The notes below the pieces were generated by a model, which worked only from the letters and a program-made list of their open reading frames with translations, searched no databases and had not been told where the DNA came from. A DNA stretch of 64,000 nucleotides from Octopus sinensis (Eukaryota): contig NC_043003.1 in NCBI RefSeq assembly GCF_006345805.1, positions 65,038,001 through 65,102,000 on the forward strand, written 5' to 3'. The first letter of the stretch is position 1, and every line of letters starts with the position of its first letter. This document shows, one piece after another, positions 52,174 to 64,000 of this stretch. The position numbers and the translations under genes are program-made.

Positions 52174-52439
52174 CCATTATTTGTAAGTATATCACACACA
52201 CACACACCACACACGCACACGCACACACTACCATTATTTGTAAGTATACATATTTACATAATTCCTCAATATAGAATTTATAGAAATATCAAAAATCATG
52301 TTTGATTTGGGTATTGAGTAGAGCCTGAAGGATATAAATAGGTAGATAGATATATATTGATAGTTCTCTGCAAGTAACCAATGTTCCATTCAGAGTACAT
52401 GGCTACTGAATAATTGCCACACCATTATAATTACACACC

Positions 52440-52508
52440 ACACATATATATATGTGTATATATATATATATATATCTATATTATATATATATATATATAT
52501 ACTATATA

Positions 52509-52595
<87 letters not shown>

Positions 52596-52686
52596 TATAT
52601 GTATACTATATATATATATATATATAGATATATATAGAGGAGAAGAGATAGATAGATATATAGATATAGATATATATACTATATAG

Positions 52687-52761
<75 letters not shown>

Positions 52762-52916
52762 CGGAAGTAGGAAAGGAAGATAAAAAAAACCACATCGATA
52801 AGGAACACAGCCGAAATAGTGAAAGCTGGATGCTAAAGATATTGAAAGACAGATAATGTGTGTATGTATGTGTGCATGTGCGTGTGAAAGAGAAATATGT
52901 AGGAAATAAGTGATGT

Positions 52917-52960
<44 letters not shown>

Positions 52961-53245
52961 TAGAGCGAGAAAGAGTAGGTAAAGAAAGAGGTAGAAATCT
53001 AAAGTGAAAGGAGAAAGGGGGTTAGAAGGGGGCACGAGGAATGGAAAGGGAGAAACGAAATAGGAAGGAATCAGTAGACATATAATTAAATAAAATGAAC
53101 AGGTTTACACATGTAAAACTTGGAAAGGAAGGTGTAATTGGCGATACGTCTTGTATGTTCGCGGCAGCGTCTGCTGTATATACAAATATGTGCCCATACA
53201 TATCTATACATACATGCATATATACATACATACATACATATATAC

Positions 53246-53276
<31 letters not shown>

Positions 53277-53474
53277 CATACATACATACATACATACTTA
53301 CATACATACATATATAATGTATATGTACCTATTTGCGAAGATGGGTGCTTATATATGCATACATAAGCACACATACAAACATACGTACATACATATATAT
53401 ATATATACACATTCATACATACGCATATATATAAATCTATTTGCACTCATATATATATATATATATATTTAAGG

Positions 53475-53537
<63 letters not shown>

Positions 53538-53814
53538 TGTGTGTGTGTATAGACATACACACTTATATACATAGACGCACACATATGAGATTACATGTGT
53601 GTTTATATATGTACACATACATGCATATATGTGTGTGTGTCAGCGTGAGTCTGTGTTTATGCGTGTATGTATATTTGTGTGTGTGTGTGTGTGTGTTTTG
53701 TGTGTGCATGTGTTTGTGAGTGTAGAGAGAGGTAATATAGATAGAGTAATAGGTAGTTAACCAGTCAGTCAGATAGATATACAGATAGGAAGACAGACAG
53801 ACAGACAGACAGAC

Positions 53815-53872
<58 letters not shown>

Positions 53873-53917
53873 TAGATAGATACACAGATAGATAGATAGA
53901 TAGATAGATAGATATAC

Positions 53918-53948
<31 letters not shown>

Positions 53949-53949
53949 G

Positions 53950-54023
<74 letters not shown>

Positions 54024-54060
54024 GAGATAGATAGATAGACAAATAGATGGACAGACAGAA

Positions 54061-54125
<65 letters not shown>

Positions 54126-54148
54126 TATGGATAGATAGATAGACAAAT

Positions 54149-54211
<63 letters not shown>

Positions 54212-54240
54212 GATAAATAGAGAGATAGCCAGAAAGATAG
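52440..54240. repeat. Microsatellite field (TA, GATA, GA, TACA, TG, GACA)
   Basis: Direct reading of sequence; short unique spacers in between. Confidence 0.9.
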
Positions 54241-54334
54241 GCAGACATATCGATAGATGTTTATATCAAGTTAGACAGACGGAGACGCAGCTAGTTAGAT
54301 ATATGGTGAGTTCATTTGATGAATGGTATGTGCG

Positions 54335-54377
<43 letters not shown>

Positions 54378-54493
54378 TGTATACATGTGTGTGATCCATA
54401 CACACTCAGACATACAGATATTCGCTTACAAATAAACGAGGACAGTGATAGACAGAAAGAGCAGCAACGATAGAAATAAAGAAATACAACGGC

Positions 54494-55500
54494 GTGGAGT
54501 GTGGTAGTTGTGGTGGTGGTTGTAGTGGTTGTGTTGGGCATGGTGGTTGTGGTGGTGGTTGTGGTGGTTGTGTTGGGTATGGTGGTTGCGGTAGTTATGG
54601 TGGTTCTTGTGGTTGTGCTGGTTCTAGTAGTTGTGGTGTGTGTGGTGGTTGCGCTGGGTGTAGCGGTGATGGTTCTTCTGGTTGTGGTGGTGGTTGTGGT
54701 GATTGTCGTGATTGTTTTGGTTCTAGCAGTTGTGGTGTGTGTGGTGGTTATGGTGGCAGTTGTTGTGGTTGTGGTGGTTGTGTTGGTAGTTGTGCTTGTA
54801 GTGGTGATTGTGGTGGTTGCGGTGGTTGTAGTGGCGATGGTAGTTATGGTGTTGCTATCGTTGTGGTGTTCTTCTGGGTGTGGTGGTTGTGTTGGGTATG
54901 GTGTTTGCGGTGGTATGTGGTGGTTCTTCTGTTGTGTTGGTTCTAGCAGTTGTGGGTGGGTGTGGTGGTGTGGTGGCGTTGTTGTGGTTGTGGTGGTTGT
55001 GTTGGTAGTTGTGGTTGTATGGTAGTTGTGGTGGTTGTGGTGATTGTGGTGGTTGCGGTGGTTGTAGTGGCGATGGTAGTTATGGTGGTTGCTATCGTTG
55101 TGGTGGTTCTTCTGGTTGTGGTGGTTGTGTTGGGTATGGTGGTTGCGGTGGTTATGGTGGTTCTTCTGGTTGTGTTGGTTCTAGCAGTTGTGGTGGGTGT
55201 GGTGGTTGTGGTGGCGGTTGTTGTGGTTGTGGTGGTTGTGTTGGTAGTTGTGGTTGTAGTGGTAGTTGTGGTGGTTGTGGTGATTGTGGTGGTTGCGGTG
55301 GTTGTAGTGGCGATGGTAGTTACGGTGATTGATATCGCTGTGGTGGTTCTTCTGGTTGTGGTGGTGGTTGTGGTGGTGGTTGCTATCGTTGTGGTGGTGA
55401 TTGTGGTGGTTGCGCTGAGTGTAGTGGTGATGGTTCTTCTGGTTGTGGTGGTGGTTGTTGTCATGATTGTGGCGGTGGTGGTGGCGGTTGTGGTGGTGAA
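54494..55500 (-). repeat. GGT/TGT-rich degenerate minisatellite with 240-bp period; Thr-rich mucin-like reading on the minus strand
   Basis: 55021-55080 equals 55261-55320; plus-strand NGT triplets equal ACN codons on minus; 1-nt indels at ~54850-55020 break the frame. Confidence 0.85.
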
Positions 55501-55874
55501 AGTGTGTGTCTCCCAATTTGAATAACAGCATAGCTTTCAAATAATCTGTAAGTCACTTCTTACCGAAGAGCTGGGAATGTCGGCATGCTGCCAATATTCC
55601 CATCACCGTTCTCTTCTCTTCCGCTTGTCGGTTGGATTTTCCTGGCTAAACCGCTTCATTTCTTTATTCATTGATTGCTGTAACTCATTCCCGAATCCGA
55701 ACAACTAATAAACACATTCAGAACCGGCACACCATTAGACATGTCCTTCTATTTCATACTCACACGCACAATCTCACTTCCGTATCCGCCAGACCTTGCT
55801 CTTGATCTCCCTTTCCTGGTCCCATTGCCAAAAAAGATCCACTCAGACATCATTCTCTTCCTATTTTACCTTAC

Positions 55875-55916
55875 CTAATTCATTCCGCCGACACATATCG
55901 TTGTTCATAACGACGA
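55875..55916 (-). other. Candidate 42-nt phase 1-1 micro-exon
   Basis: GCCTTCACAG| acceptor and AG|GTAAGG donor; only the phase-1 frame is open (VVMNNDMCRRNEL); splice-signal evidence only. Confidence 0.25.
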
Positions 55917-56149
55917 CTGTGAAGGCACCATTAACAACAAACACATGTACGGATATATCTATGTAGGATTCTAGGTAGGCATGTGAGGGTGCACCCTATC
56001 ATACAAGATCTTCTCTTATTTACACATGTATATATATAAATATATATAAACATATAAAGATATGTATATATAAACATATATAAGATATATATATATACAT
56101 ATATAAGATATACTTATATATACATACATATATTCTTTTAGCCTTTTAT

Positions 56150-56543
56150 TCTTTCATTTGTTTCAGTCATTTAATTGCAACCATGCTGGAGCACCACCTT
56201 TAGTTGAGCAAATCCTAGGACTTATTCTTTGTAAACCTAGTACTTATTCTATTGGTGCCTTTTGCCGAACTGCTAAGTTACGGGGACATAAAGACACCAA
56301 CGTCAGTTGTCAAGCGATGATGGTGGTGGTGGTGGGGACAAACACAGACACACAAACACAGAGTCACTCACACACACATACATATATACATATATACAAC
56401 GGGCTTCTTTCAGTTTCTGTCTACCAAATCCGCTCAGTAGGCTATAGTAGAAGACACTTGCGCAAGGTGCCACGCAGTGGGACTGAAACCGAAAACATGT
56501 GGTTGGTAAGCAAGCTACTTACCACAAGGCCACTCCTGCACCT
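56150..56543 (-). mobile_element. SINE family B, full length
   Basis: Reverse complement of both B halves. Confidence 0.85.
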
Positions 56544-56569
56544 ATGAATACATATGTATATGAAAACGG

Positions 56570-57165
56570 CATACGCCCCCTATACAGTAATAAGTTCTGG
56601 AATAGGTTGGAGAGGGACACAGTAAAATGTTGACGCTACACCTATGAACGAATTAAGTAGGACATTTAAGAAAATCCCGCGCACAACTGGCCTTAAGATC
56701 AAATTTGTAGAAAAGACAGATAGGACTATCAAATCTGTATTAAAGAGATCATACCCATTTGATAAAATCCCGTGTCAGAATAATTGTGTAGTATGTCCTA
56801 CAAACCCACATATGAACTGCAAAAGAAAAACACAAAAAAACAAAACAATTAGAAAAAAAAACAATTGCCAAGAAGGGATTTGCGTGATTATCCCAAAGTC
56901 ATATATTGGTTAGACTTCTAGGAGCACCATCGATAGGTTCAAAGAACACCTGGACATCTACATTGAAAAAAAACAACAACTCCATCTTTTATCAGAATGT
57001 CGTACACTGTCACAATGGCTCCTTAGGGAGACTTAGATTAGATTAGACATCTTATCTACACATCCCACTGATGCAATGCTGAGACATGTCATCAAGCTGT
57101 CTGTAAACAGGAATACAAATCCACCCGTAACCGTAAATCCGAATGAGGTAACACCCAGATTCCAC
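56570..57165 (+). mobile_element. Penelope-like element relic (linker + GIY-YIG endonuclease)
   Basis: IKFVEK..TIKSVLKRSYPF, C..C..C zinc-like linker, SYIG*TSRSTIDRFKEH. Confidence 0.7.
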
Positions 57166-57859
57166 TTGGGAGTACCTATCTATAATCACCTCTTTTTCTC
57201 ATTTACATGTAGAAATCCATATAATACATGTTGAGATGTACGATACTAAAATGCATACATGTAGTTATACACAATCGTATAAGTGTACATAGATTAACAT
57301 GTATGTGGGTATGTATAGATGTATGTGTGTATGTGTGTGTGTATATGTTGTGTGAATATATGTGTGTATGAGTGTGTACATGCATGAACGTATGAGTATG
57401 TGTGTAGATAATGTTTATATTATATATATGTGTATGTATGCACATACATATATATATATGTCTATGTAAAATGAAAAAAATTAAATTTTAACGTTATCCG
57501 CGAAAATAGTGACATATATATGTGTAGATGGATAAGTGTATATATGGGTATACTTTAAGATTATACGTATATATGCGAGTGTGTATACGTGTTTATATGT
57601 ATGTCCCTCTCACTACCGTCTAACGGTGAATGGATACAATGTCTTAGATACGTACATGCAAATATAAACTTACCTGTACACACGTACAAGCACACACAAT
57701 CATATAAACACACACACACACACACTGATATATATATAGATATATATACAACCTTCGACAGAGTAACAGTCATATATACAACTTGAACAGACGTTTTCAT
57801 AAACATACGTTCACATGTATACACACACACACACACATACACACATGTCTATATACTTA

Positions 57860-58030
57860 CATACCTAATTACTCACATACATAAGTACATACGTACATAC
57901 ATACATACATACTTTCGTATAGGCGTATACGCTTGCATGCGCATGTACACATATGCATACGCACATATTTACATGCACACACATATATATATACATACGT
58001 AATGCATACATACATACACACATACATACA

Positions 58031-58064
<34 letters not shown>

Positions 58065-58145
58065 CATACATACATACATACATACATACATACATACATA
58101 CATACATACATACATACATACATACATACATACATACATACATGT
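57860..58145. repeat. (TACA)n microsatellite
   Basis: Direct reading of sequence. Confidence 0.95.
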
Positions 58146-58919
58146 CATGAACAACTGTTACTTTCTTAGATGCAGCATGGAATTTTGTCACTGAACAGGT
58201 TACCGTTTCAAAACGACGAAAATATTTTGACAAATTAGATTTAAATGCTAAAGTGAATCTAATGGTTTTTGCGTGTTTCTAAATGGCTTATAAACACCTT
58301 TCACGCTGCAATTGTATATATATATATAACGTATATCTGACACTTTAATACCAACAGATCATGAAGCTCTCATTCTTTCTATATAATTGTTGCAAGATAA
58401 CATAACAAGATAATCCGTAGAGCACATGTTCTACACAGTCATTATCCAACACTAAAACATTGAACATCGGTTTTATAGCAAGAAATACCTTATCAAATTG
58501 AGATGAAATAGCAATCTTCACAGTGTATACAGTTGATAGTCGGGCCTATCCTACACAGGGTACCAGTTTTTCCAATATAACTCCACAGGTTAACAGTATT
58601 CCAATATAGAATGCGTTGCGAGTAAAATGGTTTTGTCGTTCTGTGTGTCTTTTCAGGCAAGAAGAAGACGAAGCCAAGACTGAAGAAAAACCTGACCAAT
58701 GAATTTTATCGCTATTAGGACGGAAGAAACGAACAACAGTTGAACTGCACCGCCGAAACTATGACCAAATGTTAAAAAACAGCGAGAGATGGTTTGCTCA
58801 ATCAATCTCCTCTGAGTATAAACACATACTTGTTTTACATAATTCCTGTCTTTGATATGTATAAAACATGTTGTTTATATAACATGGAACAACGTTTGAG
58901 TATAAGGGAGTATTAGAAA

Positions 58920-59280
58920 TGAGATTTTCAGAGGTGATTAAGAAGCTCGCATTGCAACTATGCGGTCGGATTCAGTCCCACTTAGGGCGAGTGTCTTCTA
59001 CCATACTTTCGGTCTGGTCAGTGCCTTGTAGAAAGCAGAAACCGTGTGGAAGCTCGTCGTATATATGTATATGTGTGCGTTTGTCTGTTTTCCCCACTGC
59101 TTGGCCAACGGTTTTAGTTTGCTTGCGCCCCACAACTTAATGGTCTGGCGATAAAGAAGCGATAGGATGAGTGCCAGACTTAAATGATAAATAAGCATTG
59201 GTTGCTTATTCGATTTGTTCAACGAAAGAAAATCAAATTGGTGCCTCAGCATCCTGCAGTCCAATGATTGAAATAAGAAA
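58920..59280 (+). mobile_element. SINE family B, degenerate
   Basis: GGATTCAGTCCCAC...GTGTCTTCTAC...GATAGGATGAGTGCCAGAC. Confidence 0.55.
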
Positions 59281-59599
59281 AAAATAAAAGGAAAAAGGTA
59301 AAACCACAGACTAAAAAAACAAACAAACAAAAAAGAAACTATATACACAAACGCATGTACCATGATATTTAATACAAACATTAACAAAATAATATCTACC
59401 GGTCAAGCGTTTATGCCGGATGCTCTATCTTTAGTTTTATGTGTTCACGGCCCGAAACTTATATAATACGGACATTAGAAACATGGCGAAGTTTTCAGAC
59501 ATTAACTGTCAATAGAAGTTCTTGCCTAGTTTTACTATTTGCGTTTCATGAAAGTACAACAAAAACTACCAAGGAATGATAAACCAACATACAAAGTAT

Positions 59600-61200
59600 T
59601 GATACCTTATAGGCTTACTAACCAAAACTCACGAGCACCATAAGAAAGAAGTATGTGATTTAGAGAAAGAAATGCTAGGTCATAAAATGAACGCAAATAC
59701 ATTAGCAAATGTACAGAGATTTAAAATAAATAACAACAAAGGTTTAGAGAAACAAATAGAACAAATACTACATAAAATATACATTGCAAATAATGCAAAA
59801 CAACTGATTACATGCAAAAAAGATACGCTTTTACAAGGCCGTGAACGCAACTCCATAGAATCAACTACAGTCAAAATAAGATCTAGTCACAACAAAAAGA
59901 AATAAACGCAATCGAGAGCGACGAAGGATATAAGAAATGTGTCCTGAAGACAATGAGGATATCACATGTGAGTCTTGCATACATATAAAGAAGGAGACAC
60001 CACAGCAAATTAAAAGTAAAACACGAGAGAACAAAACAACGAGGATGATTCCGAAATATCTCTCCATAGAGACAACGAAGCAAATATTCAGTGACAACAA
60101 AATACACTCTCGATATTATAGTTAATAATAAACTGAATAAATCATACACACATATCGCAAAAGATTAATCGCAACCAAGAGAAAAAAATCTATCAGAAAC
60201 AATAAATAAAAGGAGAGAAAGGACCATCGGAAAATCAATACATATGGATCAATAGAAACACCTCTCCAAGCTACGAATAAATAAATATCTCCAAACAAAT
60301 AATAGCTAAATACAAAACAAAGACCCTTCACCCCAAGAAATTCTTTCTTCAGAAGCAAACCCAAACATTAATAGGATAAATGACCCCATTTACTCTGTAG
60401 CCATGGAAAAAATCTAGGCAAATCGGTTCGATTCTAATAGAGGAAGGAAAAAAAAAGAAAAGGAAATAAAAAGATGGTGAGAAAACATATACAATATTGA
60501 TAAAAAATAACCTTATTCAGTGAAACAGAAAAGAAGCAAAAAGGAAAAAATGAAGAAAACATTAAGAAAACAAAACATAAAAATAAAGAAAATATAAAAG
60601 AAATCCTGAGAAGAAAAAAAAAGAAATAAAAAACAAAAGACTGAAAGAATCATCTGAGCAAAGTTATGTCGGATAAGAAGCCATGAAAAGCATAAGCGTT
60701 ACTTTCATGGCAATAAGTTGCTTGAAATAAATGCTGAAAAATTCTACCGAGACGCATATAAAAAAAGCACGATTTTGTCAGACTCAGCAATATTAACAGA
60801 AATCCAAATATATTGGGAGAAACAATGTAACAAAGGAGCACAATGGATTGCAAAATAAACGTAAGGGAAACATATAATAGAAGCAGAGCATATTATAACT
60901 AGCGATGAATTCACAATGCTATAAAATACAATAAAGTTTGCTAACAATTAGAATGTTACCAGAATTAATAAAATCTCCCATTTCTGGTTTAAATACTTCG
61001 CCAGGAAGACATGAAGCTATGTCGATGTTATTCATTGAATTAGTAAACAGACCAGAAGCAACATGTAACTGGTTAATGCAGAAGGAAAATAATATTGAAA
61101 AGATAAAATATATCATTAAAATGAACATGGGATTGCAAACTATATAAACCAATAAACCCGATTACGAAAACTGTATAATCTTGGTCTCTATACGCTGTAA
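59600..61200 (+). mobile_element. Very degenerate R4/Dong-type element (N-terminal region and start of RT)
   Basis: 60690-61200 reads across frames FHGNKLLEINAEKFY..YWEKQCNKGAQWI..ISHFWFKYF..HEAMSMLF..RPE..NWL, matching the pre-RT pattern; 59600-60400 is A-rich with broken ORFs and assigned only by adjacency. Confidence 0.45.
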
Positions 61201-61272
61201 AAGGCTGACTATTCATCTAGAAAATAATCGCTTATCACCAGAACATATATGGCAAACATGTGTATGTATATA

Positions 61273-61308
<36 letters not shown>

Positions 61309-61420
61309 TTATGTATGTATGTATGTATGTATGTATGTATCTATCTATCTATCTATATATATGTACATATATATATATATATATGCTTATGTATGCATGT
61401 ATATATACACATGTATGTAC

Positions 61421-61475
<55 letters not shown>

Positions 61476-62525
61476 ATTACATATATATGCATACACACAC
61501 ACATACGTGTGTGTGTGTGTGTTTGTGTGTATTCATGTGTGGGAGTGGCTGTGTGGTAAGTAGCACCATTACTTGAAGAATTTGCATACTGCGCAACAAC
61601 ATACGAGAGCGCTCTCTGTTCATCCCGGTTGATTGTATTTTCATTTGTAGACTTTATCTATCAAAGTGCTCTAGAAGTAGTCAGCCTGCTGAAAATATTT
61701 TTAATTCCGGAGTTTTCTTTCTCCGTGACAGGTTGTCATATCCTAATAAAAGTGTCATCGATTATGGTATCAGAGACGAGATTTGAACCCAAAATGCGGA
61801 AAAATCAGAAGAAACACCGCGAAGCCACCGGCCTGATGCTATAGCAGTTCTGTTAATCCATTACTTAGTGCTGTTATTTTGCTAATGGAGTTTGAAAGGA
61901 TGAAAGTCGAAGTTGACTTCAGCTTGATTTGAACTCGGGATGTAAGGATTAGGAACAAATATCGAAAAGCATTTTATTTGATGCTCTAATGATGCTGCCA
62001 TTTCGTCTTACGTAAAAACCGTCACATTCAAAGCACAGATGTGTACATGCATATATACATCAATACACAGTTGTCAATTATAAAACACGGCTATCACTAA
62101 ATAAACCTGATGATTGCGGTAACATGTGAAAGTAGTAGTTTATTTCAATATTGTAAAAGTATAAAATTGTAAAATTGTGAAAATTGGAATTTCATTAATT
62201 AGCAATTCTTCTATACATAATCATGGAAACTCCGATGTATATATATATATATATATATACACATGAATACACACACACACACACACACACATTATGCAAA
62301 AGTGTCGTGAGTCCAAAATGTCACTTCTTCAGTAAACGAAAAAATAGCTTCACCTTTCCATAGCATAACCTTTGTACTACACTTTGATATCTTGGCATCC
62401 GAAGCAGCTGGAGATACGTTAGTTTGACGAAAAGAACCGGCTATTGCAGGCAAAAATAAGTATTGACCCCCCCCCCCCCGAATTTGGACATTCGACAGTT
62501 TAATATAATAGCAGCCTTATATATA

Positions 62526-62558
<33 letters not shown>

Positions 62559-63019
62559 AATATAAATATATATATATGTATGTATTGATACATATATGAA
62601 GGGAGACACACAAAAGACAGGTACTTCTACCAAAAATTCTTACTATAAATTTTTCCTACGACGTTAAGCGACACAAAGTCCACTCACACATACACATACA
62701 TATATACATATATAATGACTGCAATTTGTTTGTTCTTTTGAATATGAGCTGCATGAATGTTTCATTTCAGTTTTGGTTAGTACTTCCACCCTGTTATATA
62801 AAAGTAGCAATGATGGGCACTTCTTGCAGTAGTTTTACAATAATGTTTTGATGAACCTTTATATGACATTACTGTCTGCCTCCTGCACGTTCCTTTCCAT
62901 ACCCACAGCAGGCAGAGATACAGAGTAGTGCATAGTTTACAGTGTCCGGGTGGATGTGGCTTCTCTGATGGCTTGTAAGTCCTGTTTAACTTAGATAGAC
63001 AGACGTTACATGAGAGGGA

Positions 63020-63400
63020 AGCACTCCGTCGGTCACGGCGACGAGGGTTCCGGTTGATCCGAATCAACGGAACAGCCTGCTCGTGAAATTAACGTGTAAG
63101 TGGCTGAGCACTCCACAGACACGTGTACCCTTAACGTAGTTCTCGGGGATATTCAGCGTGACACAGAGAGTGACAAGGCCGGCCCTTTGAAATACAGGTA
63201 CAACAGAAACAGGAAGTAAGAGTGAGAGAAAGTTGTGGTGAAAGAGTACAGCAGGGATCACCACCATCCCCTGCCGGAGCTTCGTGGAGCTTTAGGTGTT
63301 TTCGCTCAATAAACACTCACAGCGCCCGGTCTGGGAATCGAAACCGCGATCCTATGACCGCGAGTCCGCTGCCGTAACCACTGGGCCATTACGCCTCCAC
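63020..63400 (-). mobile_element. SINE family C, full length, least diverged copy
   Basis: Head GTGGAGGCGTAATGGCCCAGTGGTTACGGCAGCGGACTCGCGG...GGTTTCGATTCCC. Confidence 0.9.
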
Positions 63401-63703
63401 TAGACCAAACCCATAGGAGTATTTCTCTGGAATTCAATAGGAATCTCTTCCGCTACCCACTTATGCATTGCTTTCTCCCACAATGACGAATCGAAACCGA
63501 TATTTTTCCACCCATTTCTCCAGTAAATTCTTGATGCAGACTTGGTTTCGGTGTCTGTACTTGCTTTTTACTTTCCGTTTCCGTCTACCAGATCCACTCA
63601 AAAGGCCTTGGTTTGGGGCCCCAGACTATAGCAGAAGACACTCGCCCACGTTGCAAAGCAGTGGGAATGAACCTGGAACCATGTAGTCCGAGGCAAACCT
63701 CTT

Positions 63704-63890
63704 TTATATGGTTTGTTCCGAATCAACTCTTATTTCAGTGCTGTTGACATTACCGGATTGAATAGTACTGCCAAGGTGACGAAACCATAAGGATATCTGA
63801 TGATGGAGGTATGTTGGATTGTTGGTATGAACGGTTTTTGTATATGTGGATTGCTGGTATGACTGTGGAATAGTATTATAACAACCTTTT
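63704..63890 (-). mobile_element. Possible RTE-type RT relic
   Basis: TKTVH..FRHLGSTIQSGNVNSTEIRV resembles RT domain 7 FxYLGSxI; GLTSHQRSH at ~62960-62985 resembles an RTE C-terminus. Confidence 0.35.
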
Positions 63891-64000
63891 GATATATATA
63901 TATATGTATACACACATATAAGAGGGATGCCCACTTAGCGTATATAAAATAATTTTTCTGAATTAATATTCAATGTTTCACCCTTATTATTTTGATTTAT

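Noticed and set aside
54494-54946. Gly/Cys-rich keratin-associated or suckerin-like ORF on the plus strand (also 55009-55332)
   Set aside because: Third codon position is almost invariably T while positions 1-2 vary, the opposite of purifying selection; it is the antisense shadow of an ACN repeat.
55181-55540. His-rich ORF reminiscent of cephalopod His-rich proteins
   Set aside because: Alternative frame of the same repeat with variation at codon position 1; ends at an internal stop.
58493-58699. YIGKTG motif suggesting a GIY-YIG domain on the minus strand
   Set aside because: Only the short motif matches; no R..EH downstream and no RT context.
63330-63400. tRNA gene candidates at SINE heads (also 32190-32254, 48590-48630)
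   Set aside because: A/B boxes are present but there is no complete acceptor stem, and they run into SINE bodies; tRNA-derived SINE heads.

Overview
AT-rich eukaryotic DNA with no prokaryotic features. It is very rich in microsatellites and has four recurring tRNA-headed SINE families. From recollection these resemble octopus/cephalopod SINEs, so the organism call is an inference. No intact host protein-coding gene is recognisable, and almost all ORFs in the supplied track are translations of microsatellites. Supportable content: Tx1/L1-type, CR1-type, R4/Dong-type, RTE-type and Penelope-like retroelement relics; a near-full mariner with both TIRs; a second mariner relic; a pogo/Tc2-type deletion derivative; a Tc1/mariner MITE; two complete ~400-bp non-autonomous Helitrons; many SINE copies; and a 1-kb Thr-codon-like repeat with a 240-bp period. 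Most interesting observations: (i) three minimal hammerhead-ribozyme motifs with palindromic stem III in Penelope-type relics; (ii) a Tx1-type LINE embedded in (TATC)n on both sides, whose 3' end is shared with one SINE family; (iii) a 1.4-kb fold-back plus tandem structure of a ~470-bp unit; (iv) weak hints of a minus-strand gene (micro-exon, mucin-like repeat). Frequent single-base indels between near-identical copies suggest parts of the assembly are unpolished. SINE family names A-D are my own labels, and boundaries of degenerate elements are approximate.
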